Source: Anthoceros angustus
Taxonomy: Eukaryota > Plantae > Anthocerotophyta
Assembly (NCBI GenBank): GCA_010909165.1
Contig: VJWM01000249.1
Span: 1-64,000 of the forward strand
Reading direction: 5' to 3'
DNA length: 64,000 nucleotides
Shown: positions 48,182-60,907 of the stretch, piece after piece
Layout: every line of letters starts with the position of its first letter
Position numbering within the stretch: position 1 is the stretch's first letter
Position numbers and translations under genes: made by a program
The notes under the pieces: model-generated
What the model was told of the DNA's origin: nothing
The model's database searches: none
What the model saw: only the letters and a program-made list of their open reading frames with translations

Positions 48182-48305
48182 TGGACTGATTCTGCGACGT
48201 TCGTAGAGTGTTGGATGCGGATGCTGACAATTCGAGTAGGAAGCCAGAGTCCTCTGCGTTGTGGCGGGAAGAGTGGCAGTTTCATCGTCATCGAAGTCTG
48301 CAAAC

Positions 48306-48840
48306 ATGTCTCGACAGCTGGTGGATTTGATGAACACTGTGAATGCCACGGTCAACGAGGCTATGACTGGAGTGCAAGACTACGTTAATTTCACGCTTCA
48401 GGTACTTTGCCAGCTGCTCTCTATGGTTGCCTAACCTTCAGTTCCGCAGGGCCTCATGTTACTTGAGCGGCTGATTGAGCCTTTCCTGCTGTGATCTGCA
48501 GAAGTCATACTTCCAGTGCGGCTACTACTGTTGCAGTAGGGACCCTAAGCCCTCGCAATTGCAGCTGCAGCGGTGTTTAGACAAGTGTACTGCACCCGTT
48601 GAGAAGGCTCAATCCATAATCCAGCACGAGCTGACTAGCTTTCAGGAGCGTCTGCAGAGGTCCGTTTATGCCTGTAAGGATAAAGTAGAAGCTGCTGGCA
48701 CGGTGGATTTAGATGATGAAAAGCAACAGGAGATGGAGAGGTGCATGGAAGGTTCCATTAGGGAACATTTGAAGACAATTCCTCAACTTGCTGCAAATAT
48801 TCAGTCCAAGATCACCATCCCTGGCACTGAGAGCACGTAG
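48306..48840 (+). CDS. FAM136A-like protein, 144 aa; exons 48306-48401 and 48502-48840
   Basis: VQDYVNFTLQ|KSYFQCGYYC...C..KC..P....Q..IQ.E...FQERLQRS...C.DK matches plant FAM136A-family proteins. Confidence 0.88.
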
Positions 48841-49260
48841 GATTCTCGCTGCCCAAAATTTTGTAAGCTTTAGGCCTACCTCGATGTTACCCTGCTCGGT
48901 TTTGCAGTCGCTTGTTCAATGGAAGCAACACGAGACGAAAAGATGCGTGTGCTTGTTCAAGTCTCCCCCCTTGTGGAACACGAAACCCAAGATTGGCATT
49001 CCTGGCGCAGAGAGTTCTTCCGTTCGTACAGTGCTTGGTGTAACCAGATTCTTCGTTGAACTCGGGCAGCAAGCCATGCTTGAGCATGGTTCACGCTTGT
49101 CATCCTTTGATTCCAGAAAACAGCCCCATGTACAAAATTGTGGACCCACTAAATCTGTGGGTCAGAATTGCATGGTACACACCTTCTACACGATGGCTCA
49201 CCTACAGATATATACAGGACACTTACAAATCTGCGATATCCAGAATATTGTTAAGCGGGA

Positions 49261-52200
49261 TCATAAAAAGCTGGTACTCAGCGCCAGATCACGGAGATTC
49301 GACAATATTTGAGAACGCGTGGTACCGATTTGGCGGGCCACATCTAACTGTTCATCCAAGGGCAGAGCCTCGTAACTGCAAGCAAACGTTCAGCCAGAAA
49401 AGTATCAGAATCTGCCAATGTTTCACAAGCTTAAGCGTCTATCACCAGCAAGAGAAATGATGTGCGAATCAACTTACTGGCAAAGCAGCTCGCAATCTAT
49501 GATGTTTTCGGGTCCTGGTCGATGAGTTTGACCCTCACTCTTAAACTGCCTGAAAGCATGAGGATTCAATCCCGCCACATGGGGAATGGAATGGACTAGT
49601 TTCCTTTGCAAACTCTGCAGTCGTCGAAATGTCAGCTCGTCCAGGGGAGCAATAAAACCAATTCCTCCATCTAAAGTGCCGAAGAACAGAGCGAATCTAT
49701 TGGAACGAGTGCCTCCTGAAACTGGAAGCATCTGCAATCTCAAGAACTTTCCTATATGGCCGCCCACATGAAATTCTGCTCTAGGAAGAAGTTTCTGGCC
49801 TTTCCAAGTCTCGACACTTTTCGGCGCATAGGAAAATATCTGCAGCGTACTCCACAACAGTAAACAAGCTATTCAGTCATCATTCCACACAGACAAAAGC
49901 AAAGACACTAGAAGCACCCGTGTTAGTTACTGCTAGAGTAACAAACTTAGTTTCCCATACCTGTATGTTTTTCCGGCTATCTGACACAAGGAGACTCAAG
50001 GTGCCACCATCAATCAAAAACTCAGTAGCATAGCAATCCAGTGAGCCAAAGTCCTTGGCTAAAAGCACTAGCTGTGCTCCTTCCTCCTTCCAACATAAAA
50101 AGTAGATGCTCTTGTGGATGTCACCAAAAAGAACGAAGTTCTTAACCTGCAAACCATGATAGAGGGTTAGAGGAGTATAAGGTGCCACAGTATGTATGGG
50201 GCCTCGTTTCTTCAAATTTGTATGCGATATTGGCTGTAGGAGGATGTCAGGGCTACTTACAACATTTAAGCTCACCACATACAGCGGTGCATCAAAGAAG
50301 GCAGCGCCGTTTAGTTCCACACCATTCCAATTGTGAAGAATGATCTTAGGGCCAATGGCTACAATAAGGCGGCCCTGTAATGAAGCTATTGCTGATATGG
50401 CGCCTTTCAGCTCCTTCGAGTAGATCTCACGTGCCTGGAATCACAGAGACAAAAAAGCAGACCTCTCCACTGATTATAGATTCAAATACCGGGGACGCTC
50501 ACATACTCAAGAGCTTACTCAGCACCAAGACGACTACCCAATGAGGGCGAGCTCAGTAGTTGATTACCCCGATGCTAGGATCAGTCGCATCTTGACCAAT
50601 TTGAACCAATATGATACGACCTTTGGCACCGACATCCTCTCCTTGAACAAATGCAGTTCCAATAGCTAGGAACGTCTGTGTTTGATCATTGACAATATTC
50701 TGATACGGAGACAAATATAGTACACCATTAAAATCTCATTACAGAAGATGTTGGTGGCACAGTTGTAAACACCTTTACCTTGATGGACACAATTCGAACA
50801 GTAAGCGCATGCTCTGTCATCTGCATGGCAATTGTCCCTTTTGTCTCCCAAGTTCCACCAGATTTAGCAGGTTCCAAAATGCGGACTTCGAAGTCTTCAG
50901 ATGAAGTTATCAGCTTTTGTCCATCTTCTCCAGGGATCTCTGATTCTACCTGGTGTTCACCTCCACTTAGACCCTAGTCCATACACATGACCAGCTGCAG
51001 GGTGAGGATTGCAGGAACTCAAGTGTCGAGAAAGGCAGGTAACAGACACAAACGTAGTAGAGAAACTGACCGAAGATGATACAACGAGTGCATAGAGGTT
51101 TGCCTCCGCATAATAAGTTATCTGATGAGGTGTACCCCGCAGCGGGATCTACATGACATGAGCAACAGAAAATGCACATCATGGAAAGAATCTTGGGCTA
51201 GCTACCATGTCAGCATCAATACTAGAAGAACATAACAGCTCATGCCTTTTGTACAGGCCAGTCATTGTCATAGTTGAGTATTGAAGGCAGCTGACAGATC
51301 TTCAATAACCCCTGGCACATTCAAGCTCGTGCTTAGGTAGAGGACAACAAAACTGAACACATGACAAATTTTACAGAACCAGGAACAAACATGTTCGTTC
51401 ACGATGTTTCCAAAGTGTTGGAACGGCTCAGCAGACTACCTTGGAAGTGATGTATATGAAACCATGATTGCAGTTCACATTGTGCAAAGGCGTCATTGCT
51501 AAAATGCTCCCATCACTGAACTGCATGGAAGACAGAAAAAAGAGCTTATCAGTCAGCAGTATGAGAGAGAAGAAATGTTCCCACCAAGGCAGCCATCTTG
51601 TGTCCGTTGGCCCTCAGCCCCGTACCTGAGGATGTGGTCGGACTCGCTCTCTGCATATCATTAGCCACTGTGGTCGAGTTCCTGTCACGAACACCCCTTC
51701 GACATTTCCTATGTTGTCAAAAGGGAAGATCCTTTGACCAGAGGGCGTTGGTTGTCCTCCTCCCTCCTCCCCGCTCACCCACTCCAAAGGCACCCTGGCA
51801 AACCTCAATTTGGAGAGCCTTGTTCTAATTGCTCTAGCCATGTCACTGTCTTCCACAGTGATAGCTAGAGCATCCTCACTAATAAGGCTCGACTCTACCC
51901 CCTCAAAAACAAATGCGTGATAGCATAGCATAGTTTCATCGCTTAAGATGGCAAACAAAAATGGCCGCCCAAACTTTTCACCCCAAGTTACCATTCGAAC
52001 TTCAGTTACAATATTCTGCGGCGCTGAATCAGTGGCATGGGTATTGTCATTATCACCTTGGCCTTCTGCGTCCTCAATAATCTCTAGCCCATTTACAGTG
52101 TATGCATGGTTCAGTTTTTCATCTATTAAAATAGGCAATCCATGAATAAATTTTTCAACACTAAAGACACAGCTAAGACCAGGTAGGTCATAAAATTCAA

Positions 52201-55200
52201 GCCTTCCACTCTTTCTGGCCAAGATGCAAAAGGCCTTGTTGTCAGCCCTTTGGTCTAATGGACGAGCATCAACGTGTGCTCGTCGCAGCCATGGATTGGC
52301 CCCTTTATCCGTAAAAAGGGAGCAAGCAGTTATCACATCAGAGCCCGGAGCGAAGGGAAGCTCACTTAGTGATAGGGTGAGATCATCTGGATCTGATAAA
52401 CAGCACATCAGCGAGGGAGCTTCAAGCAAAGCAATGAAACTCAACCTGGAGGGAAAATTGGACACTTACTTCCGACAACCAGCTGGATGCTGCCATCACT
52501 CATACGCAACAGAATGTAAGGATCCGCAACATCTGCCATCTCAACAAGACTCTGCTTGCTGTCCTTCTTGTCTGCATCAGAGGACGTCTGGATGAGCAGT
52601 TCTTGGCACAGGAGTACTCCATCAAGGAGGCGGACACCCCTTGCGTAAACTTGTGCAACCCGCTGTCTGCACTTCCAGAAAAACAAAAACCATTAAGCAA
52701 GAGTCTGTTGGACATCCTTGGATTTACTAAACGATGAATCTCAACATTCACCTGCCAAAAAGGTTCCCAGCATATACAGTAGGACCCTCTGTGAAGTATT
52801 CCACAGATTCCGTAACTTCACCTAGCATTTCACCTGTCTCAAGAACCTGCACACTTATTATTAGGAATTGTAAACTATGACTGATCACTCCTTCATTGCA
52901 ACAAAGCAACACATGCAGAAAAGAACCTCACCATGGTCCGCGATTCCAAACTGATGATTAGGTAGGCATGGAATTCATCATTGCCTTTCACTTCTAAGAT
53001 AGGATTCTGTGCTGTTTGGTGGTAAACAGTCCAGATTCCATTACAGCCTGGAAGCTCAACCTGCAGAGGAAAGCTATCAACTGTCCAGCATGTCATAGAA
53101 GATAAAAACCATAAGCTGACAGGGCCTGACCACAAAATCATGAAATACCTCAGTGATAAAATCAGGTCGGATTGAATCATGCAATACTGATAGACTTCCG
53201 TTTTTTCCATGGCCAGAACAAGCTACCTGATATTCAATTTTCAGAAAGGACGCAGACACTTTCAGATAATAAGAGTTCATGATCATGGTCTAATTGATGA
53301 AAGTTGGAGGATCTTTTCAATCCAGGTAGAGCAAATTCAGTCGACAACAATGCAAATGAGACGTACTAGTTCATAATTACTTTGCCTGGTAGATCCAGAG
53401 GTGTTTCCATCTGCATTGGGTCGTAGTCCGTAAGCAATATCTCGAAGTGGACCAATGTTCACTAGCGAGTCTCTAACTGCAAAGGAAAACGTTTTCCTCT
53501 ACAAAACCCCACAGCATAAGGTCAGTCTCCACAACTCAGAGCAAGACGAGCATAATTCACCTTAAATTATATAAGAGATGCGCTGACTACCTTTGGTGAA
53601 TCAGATGCAGGTGAGGAGTAATAGAGAGAGAGTTCCTCTGCACTGATGCCTTCTTGAGACAAATCTGATGAAGCTTGCCGGAGCCTCTTTAAAGGTGGAT
53701 GTAACAAGTCCCCATCCATCTCAATATGCTGCATAAGCCAGTTAAGATATTGGTGAAAACACACCACGTCTGTACTTTGAATGCCTTCAGACCATGAGTG
53801 GCTGTGCTGGCAGCATATTCCAGCGTGCAGGAATCAAATCCACCAGAAGTGCATCAAAGAGGCATGTAGACAGAAAATCACCTCCTCTTTAACGCTTTTC
53901 AGATTTCCTGTTGGAGTTCCTCCAGACGCTGTTCCTGACGTGTATTGAACCAGTAGACTGTCTCCAAGGCGACTGCCAAGGAAAAAAAAAGAGTCCCCCA
54001 CTGTGCACATGCACTGATTTGCAAACATGTGAGTATATTGCTCAAATCCGGACATACAGTCACACAGCATGACACCTGATCAAAATTTTCGGAGCAGAAA
54101 GGCACAAGCTTTGAGATAGGTACCGAAGCGAGAACAGAAGCTCTTGATTTTGAAAGCTCTAGTTTTTGAACAGATCTGAACAATAACCAAAGTAGAAAAA
54201 AGAAGGAGACAAGACGCATAAAGGAGCAGATAGCACATCTTTGAGACAAAAAGCAACAAGTGCATCAAAGCAAACCTACCTTCCATCAAACACCAACGAA
54301 AGCAAAAGCAGGTTGCCAGTTTTAGTTGAAAAAAGGGCAACATCATTTGATATCCACGCTGCGTGTGCCCCATCCAACTCAACCCTAATCTTTGACCTGC
54401 TCATCTCTGAAACGCTGAAACATTGGCAGAACAATTGCAAGACGATTGGAGGACTGGAGGACTTCTGAATGTGAAAGTGGTCTTCACAAACAAAAACAAC
54501 CTATTCAGACAGAAGAGCTACTGAGAGTACAAGTTCCAGCATGAACCTACCTTCCTTCAGGTGCGACTGCAAACTCATTCAGAGCCAGGGAGCAACTAGT
54601 TGACTGGCCGGAGTACATCACAACAGTCAGACTTGAACAGAGAAGCAGAGTTAAGCCAAAAGCCGAAGCAGCTCAGGAACACAGATGAATAAATGTGCAG
54701 GGCCTCTTCCAGCTATGCCGGAACCACCATACCTGGCTGTAATAGTGAAGGCTGTTTGCACAGATCACAATGACACCACCAATAGGAGAGGGTACCGCTA
54801 AAAGCTTGTACGCATCATATGGAAGGTTCTGCAAATCACAGTAAGAAACAGTTGGAGGACTGGCAAACACTAAAACCCATTTCATGCAACTAGCCCTGTA
54901 CAACTTGAGAATGAGATAGCTAAGCTCAATGAATCAGTGACTTGAATCGTGATAAAGTCAAGCTATAATCCATACAGCGGCGGCCCAGATAGTTGGGTGC
55001 TGCTGGAGAGAGGTGTTGATGCTGAGGGCAGTGATTGCAGAAGTATGCCGCTTCCATGCTGGACGACCAGGCCAGGTTGGCTCTCTCTCATGCAGAAAAA
55101 GAACCACAGGTTCTATAAATCCTGCAAATCCCGACCAGCCCGTTTGTCAGAAAGCATGTAAAAGCAAAACTTTGAACACAAGAACGCTCCTAACAGAAAG

Positions 55201-56677
55201 ACACGCAGGTTTGGAGTAGGGGCCACTTGGAATGGAGAGCAAGCTGTAGTGTACAAACATTTGGAGACTAGAGAATGAAACGCAGAGCCTCTGTCTGAGG
55301 GAAGTCTCAGATGATAGCCAGTTGGACGTACAATGACCACAGAGTGGGCATACAGCGTGGATGAACTTGCCATTGAGAAAGACGAAGTCTTTAATATGTT
55401 TCATATCCATGTCTCGCAAGCTCACCACATAAGATGACTCTACACGGGCTGAAACAGTGCCACCAGGACCAGGTCCTTCATCTTCTTCCACCAGCCCATA
55501 CCCAACCTGCATACCAGCAGCTTTAAGAATTGGCTCTCACATCAGTCCCCAGGCCAGCAAGTCAGTGAAGAACCACATCGAATCAGGGTGGTGGCGGACT
55601 GCCCACCTGCGCAGCTTTCATGAGAACCATTTGGCAGTCGTAAATAAGCACAGCAGCGCACCTTCCTGAGGGATCTGACCTGACGAGGGGACCTCTCGGA
55701 AATTTCTCTCGTCCCCTCTTCAGATGATCCCAATCAGGTCCCTGAAAGAAGTGCAATGAGCTGCAACGGCAAGGAGGCCACTCTTGAGCTACAAGCTGCG
55801 AGAATGACGAGAATTGGAAGACCTAACCCTAACAATGTGTATGATTACGGGACAAGGTCGACAAGCATTGAGCTCCAAGTCCAGCATTGGCGAAGGAGAC
55901 AATGCACCTGGTCCGTAGGCCCTGAATCGAGTCGTCGAACGAGAGGAGGGAGGCCTTGGCCTCGCGGAACGTCAGAATAATCGCATCCCGACGCTTGCGG
56001 CCATCGTCCCGACCGTGCGACAGGACTGCCATACTTTCAACGTTGCCATGCAATCTGCATCACCCAGAAGATCCTCACTCACCTCACCACACAAGTAAAG
56101 CAAAAGCATTGAGCGCATTTAGTAATTCAGTCAGCGCGGCAACTGGAGTTAGCTAGCTGGCCGTGGGGCTGGCCAGACGAGAACGAATTCCCCTGATGCA
56201 CACAACCATTCCATCCTGTCCCCATTGCATTGCATTGCATTGCAATCCATCCCACCCCATCCCTCCCACCCGGTGCAGCTGTCGAAGCAGGTACCTATAA
56301 TGGCACACCAGGTCCAGCCAGACAGAGAACACCCCGGCCATGAAGCCTCCCCGCCGGGCCCCAGCAGAGCCATTGGCGGCCGGGTGCGGGTGCGGCTGTG
56401 GCTGTGGCTGCTGAGCCCCGCCGTTGTCCTTGTCCCATCCTTCTTGCACCCGCAAGTGGTACACCTCCAGGACATTAGCCTTGGAGACGACCAGGTTGGG
56501 CAGCAGCGGCAGCGATGCCGCATCCTCGAAGCTGCTGTCAGGCGCGCGGCCCCAGTAGGCGCCCGTGGCGGCAGCGTCTGCGTCGTCGCTGTGGCCGGCG
56601 CAGTGCGTCAGATAGGCGGCCACGCAATTCTCCACGCCCGTCGGCGCGTGCACCATTTTGAACGCCGCATAGCTCAT
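49261..56677 (-). CDS. CPSF160: Cleavage and polyadenylation specificity factor subunit 1 (CPSF160), multi-exon
   Basis: N-terminus MSYAAFKMVHAPTGVENC; exons with HGNVESMAV, ESSYVVSLRDMDMKHIKDFVFL, DLQNLPYDAYKLLAVPSPIGGV, FFFLGSRLGDSLLVQY, ELPGCNGIWTVYH, RERVRPHPQ, GDIHKSIYFL.WKE, GTLDGGIGF; ends IGTTRSQILSNLRDLALSTSFL*. Not every exon boundary was mapped. Confidence 0.95.
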
Positions 56678-57371
56678 GTCTGTGCCAAGCCTGCCTTCGC
56701 AATCTCTCCGACACACCAGCGGCTCTGTGCCACAGCACACCGTTCGTGTTTATCTTGCTGCCCGTTGTGGCCGGCTGGCCGGGCCCCTGCGGCTGGAAAG
56801 CAAATGCTTCCTCGCGTGAATCGCGAATCGCGAATCGTGAATTGTGAATCGTGAATCAGCCCACTTATCGCAGATCAGCTCCCTGATATCACGCCTTCTA
56901 ATGCCGACTTAGTTAGACTCACACTAGGAAATCCCGAAAAACTGGTATAATTACGGGTATGTACATACCATAACAAAGTCGACACGTGTCGTGGAGGGAT
57001 GTAGCGTGTACCTGCATACTTATTGCAATACCTACACCTAGTCCAGTAATACGTATTAGAATTGTATGTACACGTCGGCGAGATAAAAAAGCGGAAGCGG
57101 AAGCGGAGAGCGAGCAGGCGGAGCGTGGCAAGCCGGTCCCGGTTCCTGACCAAAATCAGTTGGGGCCACCAAAGGCAATTTGCTCCTCGGCCTCGAGGAG
57201 GACCCGGGCTCGTCGCAGGCATCCAGGTCCAGGCATCCGGCTGGGCCTTTGTTGCTTGCATCGTTGTCTGCCTCGGAAGGCGAGGGGAAGGGAGGGAGCG
57301 GCCGCTGCAGGCCCAGGGGGAGGGAGCATGCGGCCGGCAGCGGCAGGCGCGGCTCACAGGGGCCGCCACCG

Positions 57372-57423
57372 GCAGCAGCAGCAACAGCAGCAGCAGCATC
57401 AGCATCAGCATCAGCATCAGCAG
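57372..57423. repeat. (CAG)n/(CAGCAT)n microsatellite just upstream of the RING gene ATG
   Basis: Direct reading of the sequence. Confidence 0.85.
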
Positions 57424-57439
57424 CCCAAGCCCAAGCAGC

Positions 57440-60347
57440 ATGGGTAACAAGATCACGCGCCGCCGGCCCGCCATCGATGAGCGCTTCACGCGCCCGCAGG
57501 GCCTCTACCCGCACCGGGACGTGGACCATCGCAAGCTGCGCAAGCTCATCCTCGATGCCAAGCTCGCCCCTTGCTACCCGGGCGCCGAGGAGCCCGCTGC
57601 CGATCTCGAGGAGTGCCCCATCTGCTTCCTGGTATTGTCAAAATTTCTCTGCGTTTTTCCCTGCTTGCTTGCTTGCTTGAAAATTCGTCTGCCCGAGGCC
57701 AATTTTGGTCATGGCCGTTGGGGATCTGGCGCTCGCTCTGCCGCGTGCTGATCAACTGCTCGAATCCTTGTCTGTATGCAGCATTACCCGAGTTTGAATC
57801 GCTCCAAATGTTGCGCCAAAGGCATTTGCACAGGTCCGTGGCTGTGGTTGTTGTTGTGGCTGTGGCTGTGGCTGCATCACTCATCACCATGGCTTCTCTT
57901 CTTGGCTTGGCATTTGCGCTGCCTGCGGCGCTGAAGCCCTGTGTATCGGCTCTGCGCAGAATGTTTTTTGCAGATGAAATCTCCCCATGTGTCCCGGCCT
58001 ACTCAGTGCCCTTTCTGCAAAACGCCGAATTATGCTGTGGAGTACCGGGGCGCCAAGACTTTGGAGGAGAAGGGAGTGGAGCAAGCGGTATGCTCTGCTT
58101 CCACCGGTATTCCAACTTTCGGGCCTGGCTTTGCCTGTGGCGCCTCGGGATTTGAGGACTGAAGTGTGCCCTACCTTCGTGTGGGTGCAGGAGGAGCAGA
58201 AGGTTATCGAGGCCAAGATCAGAATGCGGCGGCAGGAGCTTCAGGACGAAGAGGAGCGTGTGCAGCGGAGGGAAGACGGCATCCGGGACGGGGTTGTCCC
58301 CACCTTGCCTTCACCACCAGCAACGCCGTCCAACATGCATGGGGCCTTTCCTGTAACCCTCAATGACGCGGAAGTTGATGCTGCGACCGTGATAGATGCC
58401 GTGACCGTGGGCGGGCGAGAACCTCGTGCCCGGGGAACTAATGGCAGGCCAGTTGGTACACCTCAACCTGGTATTTTTTCTACAGCAGGCCTCTTTGCAA
58501 CTCCATCTGTAGCGGTCGACCCGGACTCTCTTTGGTTCAGGGCAAGTCAGAGAACTGATGCAACAGACTTGGCCGGTGGATTGAGACAACCTATGCTTGC
58601 CTCCACCAATCTTCCATCTATGCCTATACCTTCCTCAAATTCTTTGGGAAGTAACTCTGGAGGGATGGGGTCTATGGGGGTTGGACCTGTCACTGGAGTC
58701 CGAGGGGGAGGGCCAGCCTACGCCCGGTTTAATAGGTTTGTTTCCTCACCCAGGGTCTTTTGGTAAGGCATGATGGAATGCCCCTTTGGGTAGGTGACAA
58801 CCGTCTGGTTGGCTCTTCAGTAAAATCATATGCAGAGAGGCATGTGCACCTGCTGCTGTTATGACTCTTATTGTCTGGTTAGCCCATCAAGATTTCTTTC
58901 GAGCGTATGTCATCTGATCCTCCCATGGTACCTGGTATATCTGTTCTGGAAGGGTAATTTTCCAGTACAGATACCACAAGGCACTGGGCACGAGGCAAGA
59001 ATCCTTTGAGGGGTCCCTTCTCTTGCATCTGTCTGTTTTTCAGGGCTGTGGTGCAGCGGATAGTGATCATACCAGGTGCCTCAGAAAGGGCCCTGGTGGC
59101 TTCCGAATAAGACTGGGTGTAGGGATTTATTGCTGTGCCGTGGCCTGCATTAGGAAATCAGTTGTGCTCATGTGCTTGATGTCCTGTCTCCTGTGTTAGG
59201 TTCTCGAATGTTCATGTCATGATTTTGTTAGACAAGGTTTTAACAGTCCTAATTCATTGCTATGCCTGCAGGGATGAGGACTTTGACTTGGATTTGGAAG
59301 ATATCATGGTTATGGAAGCTATTTGGCTTTCAATCCAGGTATGCACCGAATTTGAGTGACTGAGAATATGTTGGTTATCAGGCTTCAGTGCTGCCCTTAA
59401 CGTTCTTTGTATGTTTTGCGTTCCAGGAGCAAGGTCCACAAAGGCATTCGGAGAATGAATCAAATGTAGCTCCAGAAAATGTTTCGTCAGTTGTGTCTCA
59501 AATTACAGCTAGACATCAGGACTCTAGGATTGGAGAAAACGAGTCACCCCCCTCAAGAACAGTGGTGCAAAGTGCTGACTCCAGGGAGCCTCTTACTAGG
59601 AGGAATTCGGTAACAGGTGGGCTTGCTGGGGCAATTGCTGCATTGGCTGAACGACAAGTGGCTGGGGGTGGATCTGGCGATTATGTTACATCAAGTCAGG
59701 TTTTCCACACAACAGACTCTGTAGATACAGAGCCAGCAGAACAACGAGGTGGTAGACAAGTTGCTGAGCAGGAAGGTGGACTGAGTAGTGCAGGTACGGC
59801 TGCTGAATTTCATGCTGAAAATGCAGGGACGTCAAATTCCTCTTCCTACAGCCTACACAGGCAACAAGGTCCTGCGGCATGTGAGAGGGGGAGTGAAACG
59901 GAAGCATGGCTGCAAGCAAGCCAAGTGCATGAAACTGCTGGACTGGCGGATCGGAGGGGGGGAGTACCCTCGGTGAGTGCTTCGGATTCTCGTTGTGGGA
60001 TTCATATGCGGGAGGGGTCTGCAGACCAGGGCGGACCCTCCGTGAGTGCGCAATCTGCAAGGGAGGGGTGTGGTGTAGGTTCACTCTCCGGGGTGATGAA
60101 TGATTTTAGTTCACATCCTGCCAATGTGAGGACATCGAGTGGTTTGTCTCCCGCCTCAGAGCCGATGGGAGTTGCACAGGAAGTATCCACCAACGTGCCG
60201 CCAGAAGCCAGCGGTGAGATGGGTTCAGGTGCTGAGAACATGGTGCCGGAGAGCTTTGAGGAACAGATGATGCTGGCCATGGCTTTATCCCTAGCAGAAG
60301 CGCAGGCCAGGGATGGTAGGGATGATGAGCGAGGAGCCCAGATGTAG
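57440..60347 (+). CDS. GW2/DA2-family RING E3 ubiquitin ligase, ~634 aa, 6 exons
   Basis: MGNK...[11 protein letters not shown]...[80 protein letters not shown]. Exons 57440-57631, 57782-57833, 57960-58087, 58191-58735, 59272-59338, 59427-60347. Confidence 0.92.
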
Positions 60348-60907
60348 ATGTTTTTTTTTGGCTTCAGTGCCGTCGCCACATGCTTGGAAGCTCGTTCCAG
60401 GGTGGTGTTTTTGTACCGACCAGTGTGGAATGATGGGTTGGCGATCCGCCCTTGAGGATCCCCTGACCACACCACTCTGGACGAGGAAGGGCATCCGTCC
60501 TGGGGATTGTATTTCTTCACTTACAGTGGGTTCCTGTCTTTCTTTAGGACTGGTTCCCACAAGAGAAAAGCAAGTCACGTCACGGGCCTTTGTCGTGCGT
60601 TCATGGTTTAGACTCTCGCACGCAATTCCTAACAAACGCCAGTTATGATTTGATTGACAGGCGGTGACCAATGAACTTATGGCACGAAGCTGAGAAGACT
60701 TGTTAGGAGTAGGAACCGAACCGAACCGATCCGGATGGCTATGATGTTTTGCATCAGGCCAGGAGCAGTTGTGAGTACTGTCCGGTCAGTGTTGAGTGAC
60801 ACGTGCTCCGGACCTGTACGCCCATACAGCGTATACATGTCTGGGATTTGTTGTGATTGCCACTGTACATACAACCCTGTGTAAAACAACTGCTGTGACC
60901 GAATTGC